The notes under the pieces: generated by a model
Databases searched by the model: none
Seen by the model: only the letters and a program-made list of their open reading frames with translations
What the model was told of the DNA's origin: nothing
Translations under genes and position numbers: made by a program
Shown here: positions 9,635 through 19,800 of the stretch, one piece after another
Position numbering within the stretch: the first letter of the stretch is position 1
Layout of the letters: each line of letters starts with the position of its first letter
From: Candidatus Taenariivivens baikalensis
Lineage (GTDB): Bacteria > Omnitrophota > Omnitrophia > Omnitrophales > Aquincolibacteriaceae
Direction: 5' to 3'
Assembly: GCA_009691445.1 (NCBI GenBank)
Contig: SICL01000006.1
Coordinates: 2,486-66,485 of the forward strand
DNA length: 64,000 nt

Positions 9635-10342
9635 TTGATTACAATTCATCCCGCGGAACAACGTGGACATACTCAGTCTGACTGGCTCGACAGTTACCAC
9701 ACGTTTTCCTTTTCGGATTTCTATGATCCCAACCGTATGAGCTTTTGTTCTCTCCGCGTCATCAATGAAGATCGTATTTTACCCACGAAGGGATTTGGAA
9801 CGCATGCGCACAGGGATGTGGAGATTATCACCTACGTGCTTTCCGGATCGCTGGAGCATAAAGATAGCTTAGGGAATGGCTCGATGATTATTCCCGGAAA
9901 GATTCAAAAAATGAGCGCGGGGACCGGCATTCTTCACAGCGAGTGGAATCCTTCCAAGTCGGACCCGGTTCACCTTCTTCAAATTTGGATCGTTCCTGAT
10001 AAAAAAGGACTGAAACCAAGTTATGAAGAACATTCTTTTGATCGTGGTGCGCTCCAGGGTAAGTGGCAGCTCTTGGCATCCGGATCCAAAAATCAGAAAG
10101 TGATTCATATCCATCAGGATACAGACCTTAATGCAACCACCCTTGAAACCGGGCAGATGATCGACTATGCCTTCAAGCCGGGACGCTGCGGCTGGCTTCA
10201 GGTAGCTGGAGGAGACATTACGGTCAACGAAATGCACTTGAAGGCTGGAGACGGCGCCCAGATAAATCATGAAAAAGCTGTTTCGCTGAAAGGGATTTCA
10301 GGACCTGCGGAACTGGTTTTATTTGACCTTGGCATAGGTTAA
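9635..10342 (+). CDS. Pirin-family protein (YhhW-like)
   Basis: WLDSYHTFSF, LRVINED, GFGTHAHRDVEIITYVLSG, MSAGTGILHSE. Confidence 0.95.
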   Translation: MITIHPAEQRGHTQSDWLDSYHTFSFSDFYDPNRMSFCSLRVINEDRILPTKGFGTHAHRDVEIITYVLSGSLEHKDSLGNGSMIIPGKIQKMSAGTGILHSEWNPSKSDPVHLLQIWIVPDKKGLKPSYEEHSFDRGALQGKWQLLASGSKNQKVIHIHQDTDLNATTLETGQMIDYAFKPGRCGWLQVAGGDITVNEMHLKAGDGAQINHEKAVSLKGISGPAELVLFDLGIG

Positions 10343-10441
10343 AGGGAATAAAATGGGGAACCACAGGGAATCATGGCGAAAAACAAGCAAACCCATTATG
10401 TTCTTCTCTCTTTACTTCCACCTTCTTCCGTTTGAAGCTTT

Positions 10442-11908
10442 ATGATCCTTCTGCGCCGTATTGTTTTATATCTATTCACCCTGATCTATCTCGTATTCTG
10501 CCCGCTCACCATTTTTTATGCGTTGGGATTTATGTATCAGCCCGGATCGGAACACGGCATTGTTAAAACGGGTCTTGTCTATGTTTCTACCGTCCCTTCT
10601 GGAGCCACCGTTTATTTGAACGACATGCGTTATGAGGGGACAACGCCTTCCGTAATTCGCAATCTAATCCCCGGCTCCTATCAGGTTCGGGTTGAGTTAA
10701 AAGGGCATCAGCTCTGGAATCAGGAAGTGCCGGTGGAAGCGGAACACGCCTCGGTATTGGAAAAAATGCTTCTTTTGCCTGAGAGCTTAAAAAAACATTC
10801 CCTGGGGGCGCAGTCCTTTGAACAAATGACAGTCATTCCTGGGACTCCCTTTCTTTTGCTTGCTCGCGGCAAAAAAATATCAGAGTGCTTTGTTTATGAT
10901 CTGAAAAAAAAACTGGAATATCCCCTGTCGGGTCCTTTGTTTGAATGGGAGGACGCCAAGGTTCTTCAAACGCACTTGGTTTCCCGCGCGAAAACGATCG
11001 TGGTGAAACTGGAGAGACAAAATGCCCGCCGATTTTACCAATTTGATTTGAGCCTGGAAAATACGCCTAAAGATCTAACCTCTCTGTTTCCCGAAGAACC
11101 GAAGAAGATCCTCTGGGATCCGTCTGCCGAAACTCATCTCCTCGTTTTTAAAGATAAGCATTTAAATTATCTGCGCTCCGATAAAAAAACAATTTATCCC
11201 AAAGTGGCTGGTAATGTGCAGGGATTTGGTGTGGAAAATAAAAATCTTTATCTGTTGCGAGACGATCATACGTTTGCAGTGATGACCCTGGATGGAAGAA
11301 ACGAAAAGGCCCTTTTGAAAGATGCTGTTCTGGGAGAATCCCTTTTTGAGGACAAGGGATTCTACGATATTGATGTGCTTTCTCCGGAGTTAATCTTATT
11401 TTTGGGTGAGAAAGGAGCATTGATTTCCAATCGATTGCCTTACCGTTTTGCTCACGCGGAGGTGAAGGGTTATGACTACGCTCCTCGACAAAAGAAACTC
11501 CTGGTCTGGACACGCTCAGAGATTGGGGTGATTGATTTTTCCAAAGCTGAGGAATCTGAAACGGATGTGTTCGAAAAAGGGCCGCGCCTGATCTGGATGT
11601 TTACCCGTGGGAAATCGATTCAAAAAGCAACCTGGATTTACGACGCGGCACACGTGATCTTTCAGGATCAGGACCATCTTGTTTTTCTCGACCTCGAGAC
11701 CTTTAACAAGGCCGAGACCCATGAACTTCTCCAAATGAAGGAAGACACGGCGTATCACTACACGGATCAGACCGGACTTCTTTATTTTCTGGACCGTGAA
11801 AGTGGAAAACTGACGGCTGCCGAACTTTTGCCCAAGAGGGAACTCATCTTGCTTCCTTTCCCCACGCGTCAGGAAAAAACCGTAAAACGAAGGCTGATGA
11901 TGTTATGA
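10442..11908 (+). CDS. Membrane-anchored PEGA-domain protein with probable beta-propeller
   Basis: N-terminal TM segment; PEGA pattern GLVYVSTVPSGATVYLND...GTTP...LIPGSYQVRVELKG. Confidence 0.8.
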   Translation: MILLRRIVLYLFTLIYLVFCPLTIFYALGFMYQPGSEHGIVKTGLVYVSTVPSGATVYLNDMRYEGTTPSVIRNLIPGSYQVRVELKGHQLWNQEVPVEAEHASVLEKMLLLPESLKKHSLGAQSFEQMTVIPGTPFLLLARGKKISECFVYDLKKKLEYPLSGPLFEWEDAKVLQTHLVSRAKTIVVKLERQNARRFYQFDLSLENTPKDLTSLFPEEPKKILWDPSAETHLLVFKDKHLNYLRSDKKTIYPKVAGNVQGFGVENKNLYLLRDDHTFAVMTLDGRNEKALLKDAVLGESLFEDKGFYDIDVLSPELILFLGEKGALISNRLPYRFAHAEVKGYDYAPRQKKLLVWTRSEIGVIDFSKAEESETDVFEKGPRLIWMFTRGKSIQKATWIYDAAHVIFQDQDHLVFLDLETFNKAETHELLQMKEDTAYHYTDQTGLLYFLDRESGKLTAAELLPKRELILLPFPTRQEKTVKRRLMML

Positions 11909-13578
11909 AATTCAATTTTAGCGGGAAAAAATTAACCGGATCAGAACGCGCTATCCAGCGTTTTTTTGAGATCTTGCCTGGGGCCACAAGCTGGTTTATT
12001 TTGATCGGGATGACACTGCTTAGTTTCTGGAACCCCATTTTGGCCGCGGTGTTGATTATTGCCTTTGATTTTTTCTGGATCCTCCGCCTTTTTTTCATGA
12101 CCCTCTTTTTGGTGATTTCCTATTTCCGACTTTCCCTGGAAAAGGAGACGGACTGGATGGCTCGACTTCACGGGCTTAATCATCTGACGGATGCTCTGAC
12201 GTTCCTGAATAAGGATTTTGGTACACGCAGTCTCCCTCAAAAAATTTCTTCCTGGATCCACCGGAAAGAAATGACGGAGCTTCAAAGAAGCGGCGCTTCC
12301 GTTCCTGATTTTAAAAAAATTATCCACTTGGTTCTGATTCCGATTGTGAGAGAGACGCCGGAAATTCTTCGCGACAGTATTTCCAGTTTTCTCAACGGCT
12401 ATTTTCCTTCCGAACAGATTCTCGTCGTGATCGCGCTTGAGGAACGCGCGACCGAGGACGTGAAAGCGGGTGCCCAGCAGATGGCCCGGGAATTCGAAGG
12501 CAAATTTTTTGACTTTAAAGTGATTTTGCATCCCAATCATATTCCGGGGGAGGCGCGTGTGAAGGGGGCTAATGTGACCTACGCGGCTCGGGAAATGACG
12601 CGATATTTTGAACAAAAGGAAATCTTGTTTGATCGCGTGATTGTTTCTTGCTTTGATGCGGATACGGTTGTGGACGCGCATTATTTCGGATGCTTGACCT
12701 ATCAATACATGGTTTGCCCCAAGCGCGAGCGCGCGAGCTTTCAGCCCATTCCGGTTTATCACAACAACATCTGGAAGGTTCCGGGATTTGTGCGCGTGCT
12801 GGAAACAGGGTCTTCCTTTTTCCAGCTTGTAGAATCCACGGACCCGGAAAAACTCGTGACCTTTTCCAGCCACAGTATGAGTTTCAGGGCGCTTGTGGAA
12901 GCGGATTATTGGCCGGTGGATATGATTTCGGATGACTCGGCGATTTTCTGGAAATGTTACATCCACTATGATGGCGATTACCGGGTTGTTCCTCTTTATG
13001 TCACGGTCTCGATGGATGTGGCTGACGCGGGGAATTGGTGGAAGACCATTGTGAATGTTTATCGGCAGAAACGTCGTTGGGCCTGGGGTGTGGAGAATTT
13101 TCCGATTGTGATGCGCGCCTTTCTTCAGGCGAAAAAGATCCCGTTTTCCGAAAAGATGGGCCACGGAGTCAAACTTTTTGAAATGCACGTGGCCTGGGCG
13201 ACTTGGGCGTTTCTGCTTTCTGTGATCGGCTGGCTTCCAGCCCTTTTTGCGGGCCGCGAATTTTCGCACTCCGTGCTTTATTACAGCACCCCCCGCATTA
13301 CCGCGATTATTTTTGGATTTTCCACCTGTGCGCTTGTCGTCACGATTATCATGAGCCTGTGGCTCCTTCCCAAGCGTGAAAAAAGAGATTCTGTATTCCG
13401 GCGACTTGGATTCGCTCTTCAGTGGGTGTTTGTTCCCGGTATTTTTACTTTTCTCAGCACTTTGCCGGCCCTCGAAGCCCAAACGCGTTTGATGCTCGGT
13501 GCCTATATGGAAAAATGGGGCACCGATACGATGCAGCGGCCTGCTGTATTTTCCAGTCCAGCGCCGGGAAAGCAGTAG
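11905..13578 (+). CDS. Integral-membrane glycosyltransferase family 2
   Basis: D,D,D,QxxRW-type motifs (DADT, ISDD, QKRRWAWG); N- and C-terminal TM helices. Confidence 0.88.
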   Translation: MKFNFSGKKLTGSERAIQRFFEILPGATSWFILIGMTLLSFWNPILAAVLIIAFDFFWILRLFFMTLFLVISYFRLSLEKETDWMARLHGLNHLTDALTFLNKDFGTRSLPQKISSWIHRKEMTELQRSGASVPDFKKIIHLVLIPIVRETPEILRDSISSFLNGYFPSEQILVVIALEERATEDVKAGAQQMAREFEGKFFDFKVILHPNHIPGEARVKGANVTYAAREMTRYFEQKEILFDRVIVSCFDADTVVDAHYFGCLTYQYMVCPKRERASFQPIPVYHNNIWKVPGFVRVLETGSSFFQLVESTDPEKLVTFSSHSMSFRALVEADYWPVDMISDDSAIFWKCYIHYDGDYRVVPLYVTVSMDVADAGNWWKTIVNVYRQKRRWAWGVENFPIVMRAFLQAKKIPFSEKMGHGVKLFEMHVAWATWAFLLSVIGWLPALFAGREFSHSVLYYSTPRITAIIFGFSTCALVVTIIMSLWLLPKREKRDSVFRRLGFALQWVFVPGIFTFLSTLPALEAQTRLMLGAYMEKWGTDTMQRPAVFSSPAPGKQ

Positions 13579-13740
13579 GCAGTCGGCAGTAAGCAGTAGC
13601 CAGAAAGCAGTCGGCAGTTAGCAGGAGGCAGTCTGCACTAAGAATATTTTTTGAGATTCGTCTTTTCGAATTAAGTTTTTAATCTTTGTTTTCTGCCTAC
13701 TGCCTCCCTGCCACCTGCCGACTGCTTTCTGCCTACTATT
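13569..13740. repeat. Palindromic heptamer-repeat element ((A/G)GCAGT-type arms)
   Basis: Tandem aagcagt/aggcagt/cggcagt units mirrored by ctgcctactgc...actgctttctgcctact. Confidence 0.8.
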
Positions 13741-13874
13741 TCTCTTCCGTGATCACGAATGTTAGCGATTGCCACATTGCAATAAGAATCCCTTCATAAC
13801 ATCTTGAAACTCATGGCTTTGCGTGATATTTTGCCCTAGTTTTTATCGCTACCAATAAGGGAAGTATTATCGAA

Positions 13875-16800
13875 GTGACTTCTACACGCTCCTATTTTTA
13901 TTCACGGAAATTTCCAAGAAAATTAATTGCATTTCTGACTGCACTTTTCTTCGTCCTTGAAAGTTTTTTTGTAACCCCTCAGACTTGGGCCGCCGCTGTT
14001 CCTTTCGAAGTTCAAGTACCTGCTTCCCTCGATTTAAAACTTTCTCCTGAACTCGGGACAATTGAATCTCTCAAAACCGGTTCTGGACCGCTCATCATTC
14101 ATATCCAGGAAGCACACGGCAATTATGAAACTCAAAAAAAAATCCAGGGTATTTTGCACTCCCTTCACTCTCAGTACGGAATCGATCGCATTTTGCTGGA
14201 AGGCACTGCCTTTAAACTCCACCCAGAACTCGCCCGGTTTTATCCTGAAAATCCCGCACTGAATGAGAAAGTCCTTGAGGCGCTTGCCAAACAGGGAATC
14301 GCAATTGGTCCCGAACTTTTTCTAGCCAAAACTCCGGAGGCCGAGGCGTACGGGATTGAGGATGTTAAACCCTACGTTGCCAATGGCGTTGCCTTTAAAG
14401 AAGTCCTGATTCAAAAAGAGAAAACCAAAAAGTTCCTCTCACTTCTCGATCAGCAGATCAGAGCCTTCAGTGGAACCTACCTGAACGATCCCCTCCGGCG
14501 TTTTCTAGATCGCACGGCCTCGTTTGAGAATCATCCGGACACCTTGAATGATCCGCTGAATATTTTGAAGCTCCAAGCAAAGGAAAATTTGGCGCTTGAC
14601 CTCGAAAGTCCGCTTGCTCAGTTTGACTGGCCGCAGCTGGTGCGTTTGAATGTGCTCGCGGAGATGGAAGGGAAGTTTGAAGGGGGAGCATTTGCGAAAG
14701 AGAAGGAAGCATTTCTTAGAGCAATCAAGGCTTATACGTGGAAGGAAGAAGGAAGAGGGAAGAAGGAAGAAAAAGAGAGAAAGACTTCTCTTCCTTCTTC
14801 CATCTTCTCTCTTCTCTCTTCTGAATTTTCCACTCCCGCCCCCCCCAATCTCGAAACCCAAATGGAATCCCTTGTTTCTCAGCTTCCGAGCGATTTTGAT
14901 TACAAAGCTTATCCCAACGTCAATCGATTCATTGGTCACAAGCTATTAGCCGCAGAGTTAAAAGGAGATGCGCTGCTCAAGGAAATCGAAATACTCACGG
15001 CTAAGATCACGGACAAGCTCGCCAAGACGAAGGAAGAGAAGGAAATCGTTGAGCTTTTGAAATCGTACAAATTGCTGAAGAAGTTATTTGCGCTGGAGTT
15101 AACGGCGGAAGAATATGAGCAAGTGGTAAGCCGTCGGCAGAAGGCAGTCGGCAGTAAAGAGCCGGAGAAAGGCAGTTCTGCCTACTGCATACTGCCTACT
15201 GCTTTCTTGTCCCGATTCGCCGCTCTCAACCATGAAAATCGCATCAAGGACTTGAATTTTCGAGTGGGTTCAAAAATTGACGCTTTGTACGAAAAGGCGC
15301 TGGAGTTTTACCGTCTCGCCAAAGAGAGGGACGGAATCATGATTAAAAATATCGAGAAAATCCTTCGGTCTGAAACCCGAAATCCTAAACTCGAAACTCG
15401 AAACAAATCAAAAATTCAAAATCAAAAATTCGAAACGACACAGAAAAGCAGTTCCGTTTTAGATTTGAATCACTCGAATTTTGAATTTATTTCGGATTTC
15501 GGATTTAGAGTTTCGAGTTTGCCGAAGGCGGTGGTGGTGATTACTGGCGGTTTCCACTCCAAACCCTTTGCAACCTACTTCAAAGATCACGGCTACAGCT
15601 ACGCGCTCATTACTCCCAAAATGATTTCTACGGAAGGTCGCGAGACTTATGTGGATTTTATTCTTAAGAATTTTTCTCCAGCCCAGACTTCAAATTTTAA
15701 AATTGCACCTAGGGTCATGTCAACACCCTCCGAACTCCTCAGCCTTGGTTTCGGATCAAAAAATATTCAGAGAATGCGATCCGAGGTGAGAGGAATTTCC
15801 AAAAAAGACTACGAGAAATTGGCACACGATGCTCGAGATCCACGTGCGCGCCGAGGCTGGGTCCAGCCAAAGACTTCTGTAACGGGCAGACGGTATCACC
15901 GCCGGGGAATCGGCCAAGCGGCTTTCCGAGACCGCTCTCAAGTTCGCTCGGAGCTCAGGACTCAAGGATCTGAACATTTGCTGGCAGATCGAATGACCAA
16001 AGCTTTGCTTCAAGCCGATCCGGATATATCAGGTCAGGCTGGTTTAGATGTTGCTCATATCAGGGGATCAGCGTCTGCAGGTTCGATTCTGAAGGCTTTA
16101 GAAACTTTGAACACTGAAGAGTTTAAGGCCCTTCGATTGGACCTTAAAGAAAAGTTCGAGCAACAGCTTGCAACGTTTGTGGCTATCAAACCTCATGCGC
16201 TTAAGGAAGAGGCTGCCCTTATTGAGGGATTTGTCAAAGCAGGATTTACGGTTCACCTTGGACCCCAGGTTCAATTCGACGAAATCAAAGCCCGTAATTT
16301 TTACCGGGCGCACGCCTTTGAACCTTTTTTTATTTCGCAGCTGCTTCCCGAGATCACAAAAGGCCCTGCCCGCATTTTGATTCTCGAAAGGGCGTTAGGA
16401 AATGCCGTGGCGGAGGCCCGGAAGGTTGTGGATCAAATACGAAGTGACCGGGGAGTGACGAATAAAGATCCGCAAAATTATGTCCACGCCTCTGATGACG
16501 GCGAAGAGGGATCTGCCTGGCGTGAATCTGGAATCGCGGTTTCAACCTCGGAAGAAATTATGGAAAATATTTCTCAGGCTATTGAGGCGTCAGCTCATCC
16601 TTATGATCAATTAAAATCTGCCCAAAGTCTTGTTGCGATAGGTCAGGTTGACCCTCAAGGAAACGGGCGAAAACTTTTAGAAGGTTTGAAAGTTCCATTC
16701 GGTTTTGATTGGGAGCGCGATTCTGTAGCGGCTAAAAAAATCTTAGAACGTGCTCTCGTCATTCCACAAAAACGATCTGAATTAAGGAAACCAGAAGCAA

Positions 16801-19800
16801 GGCAGGTAAGAAAGAGTAATCTGCAGAGGGATCAGAGTCCAGCTTTGGCTTTGAGGCGGTTGACATCGGTAGGACGGAATATTTTATCTTTAGGATCTTT
16901 ATTCATTTGGATTCTCCGTCAAATTCCAACGTGGTTTTCAAGCCTTGTTACGCGGCGAAATAATTCCGGGACTGCAACTTTCACGGCATCTTCAACACCG
17001 ATTAACCTTGATTCAATCCGATCAAATCTTTCATCGGCCGCAGCTCTCCACTCGCAAAACCCGCGGACTTCACCGGCAATAACGCTTATACCCGATCTCA
17101 GTGATTCAAGTAAAGTTCCCACTTCTGTTGGTGTGTACATTTTATTTTCATCGTTGTTTAGCATGGTTCGATCCTCCCCTATTTTCAAATGGGGGCGTAG
17201 TCTACTTTCACTTCAAGGAGCTGTCAATATTAATTTTAGTCAATTTTTAATTCCTTATGAATTATATTTAAGAGCTGGTCGCTCCGAGGTGCGGCAGGGA
17301 TGGAAAGACACTTTGTTTCAGTTTGGACAAACCGTTGATTTATCATCCGTTTCAGGGGAACGGATTGCATCAGTTTGGAATCTGAGCACTCATTATGCAC
17401 TTAAGTTTAGCACGACCCTGAAGCAGCTTGGAGAAGGCGCGATTTTTCGACTATTCTTGGATGATCTGGATAGAACTGACGTTATCTTGGAGCAGGCTAG
17501 AGCTGGGGGAATTACGGACGCTGTTCATTTCAGAGAATTTCAGGATCCTGCCCTCCGCTTGGCTGCTATGTCCTATCTTGTTACCGGAACGGTGATGTCG
17601 CGAGAAGAAATGATCAGGCGGTTTGACAGTAAAAGGCGTACGAATCAGGATGAATATAACCTTGCAGGAGCACAAGTAGCCTTGGATACCATCCTGAACG
17701 CATACCGGGATGAAAATTCATTTGTATTTAATGACCATCAAGTAAGAGCTTTCGGATTGGAGTTGCATCAATTGAAAGGAACAGAGCTGAACCCCAGTTT
17801 CGCCAAAAGACTTCTTAGCCGCGCCCTGCATATCGTCCTTGATCCAATACCCCGCTCTGAACTTCGGATGACGGGAACGCCGAAGCTGAAGAACATTATT
17901 CCGACCCCGACTTTTTTCATGAAAGACGCAAAGGGAAAAATCATTGTGAAGGAAGCGGCGGTGAGGGCTCACATGAGATATCTCAAAGATACGTTGCACG
18001 GCGAATACATCCTCCCAGCCGGAGCGACGGGGGAATTCCAGAAAATGAATCCGGAGTTGAGACGCAGTGCGATTGAGATTACCACTCGCGAAGCCAAGGC
18101 CGTCGGACTTATCACCTTTACGAATGTGACGGGAGATGATGAAGAAGAAACCATCGGAAATGCGCTGGCCGCTCAAGCGGCAGGTGCGAATTTTCTTGTG
18201 ATTGCGGCGCTTTATTTTTTGGAGAAATCGTCGGACATCGAAGCCTTTATCCCGAAGATGAGAGAGCTCGGTGTCACGCTTCCACTCGCGCTGTACAATA
18301 ATCCCGGGCTTCCCAAGATTCAGGCTTATGACAGTACCCGCGAAAAGGAAATTACTTCCGATGCTGTAGGGGATTTATATCGAAAAGAATTGATCTTTGC
18401 CATCAAAAATTCCGGAAGCGCAAAACTGACCGAAGAATATATCAGGACCGGAACCCCGACCTATATTGGCGATGAAAGCGCGCTGGACACGGCTTCCAAA
18501 ATTAGAGGCGACAAAGGCGAATCGCTTTACGGCCTGGTCGGTTCCTCGGGAAATTTTATGGCAATTTTCCAGCGCATTGCGGAAACCAAAAACGACGAAG
18601 TTCGGGCCGCGCTCCAGGCAATCATCAATAAGATTCGGCCAACCCTGATTGCACTTAATTTAGATCCGACTCGCGGCCCTCCGCATAAAATTGCTCAAAT
18701 TATCAAATATCTGCTTTCAAAAAAAGATCCTGTGATGAGCGATGATGTTTCACTGGACGGCACCCCCGCGCTTACAGAAGAGGAAATTACGGCCATCAAT
18801 GCCATTCAGCCTCTTCTAATGACTTTTCCTGAGATTCAATTTCAGACGAATGTTGAGTCGCCGTTTATGAAGCTGGAAGGGGGCGATTCTATCGACTTAA
18901 GAGGATTGGTAGGACAGTTGACCGAGTTTCGGGATCGCTTGATAGAAGGTTTGGGGAAATGGGGGAATAAAAAATTATTTATTGGAGTCAGTTTTCAGAA
19001 AAAAGGCGACAGAGAAATCGAAATCTATGACACGACTTCTCAGGGCCTGATCGCGACGATCAACGCTACTCACTATAAAGTTGGGTTTAAACTTATCGCC
19101 GAAACACTGAATCCTTATCTTCTGCCGCAAAATTTCTCAGCGCCTTCTGCTCCAGCTCCCGCCACTCGTTTGGATTCCGCAGGCCCTTCAGTTCCGAACG
19201 CCGCCGTCACCGAATACCAAAAACTTTTTAATGACCTTACGGGGTCGCTTGGAAGCGGTTGGGATATTACAAGTGAGAATGGGCATTGGCTCAAAATTGC
19301 AGTTCCTCAGGGCGGGACGACGGATCCAGCGAATCCTGCCTTTGTCGGCTTTGCTTTGAATTTTGAGCGCGAGATCTTGTTTGGCTGGGGTACGTTTCGT
19401 GTCCACTTTTACCCTAAAGAGGGAAAACTTGCCGGTATTGTTTATCGCGAAGGAAAATTTTATGCCGTGGGAGATTTTGCTTCGCAGGATCAAAACCAGA
19501 TCTTTGCCTTTTTAAATATCGAGGAATATCGTGCAGCTTCTCATAGCTATACCGAACTTGCGTTCCTTTCATCCCGGCGCTCGGAATTGCGGATGAATCG
19601 ACATGCTTTTCTTAAAAAGGCTGCCGTGGTAGCGACGGGGATATTATTTCTACCAAAGACCCCATCATTGGCGGATTCTCCTCGTGTTTTACCTCCCATC
19701 CGGCTGATACCGAGTTTGAATCCTTTTCAGCCAGAACTTGATGGTTTGATTGACGCTGCCGAAAAAATAATTCCACGAAAGTTGGGTGCAGGTTTTCCGG

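Noticed and set aside
11941-13482. 513-aa minus-strand ORF
   Set aside because: Antisense shadow of the well-supported GT2 gene; no recognisable motifs.
15366-15380. RSETR as a linker motif
   Set aside because: It is the start of a heptamer-repeat insertion inside the N-domain, so it was not counted.
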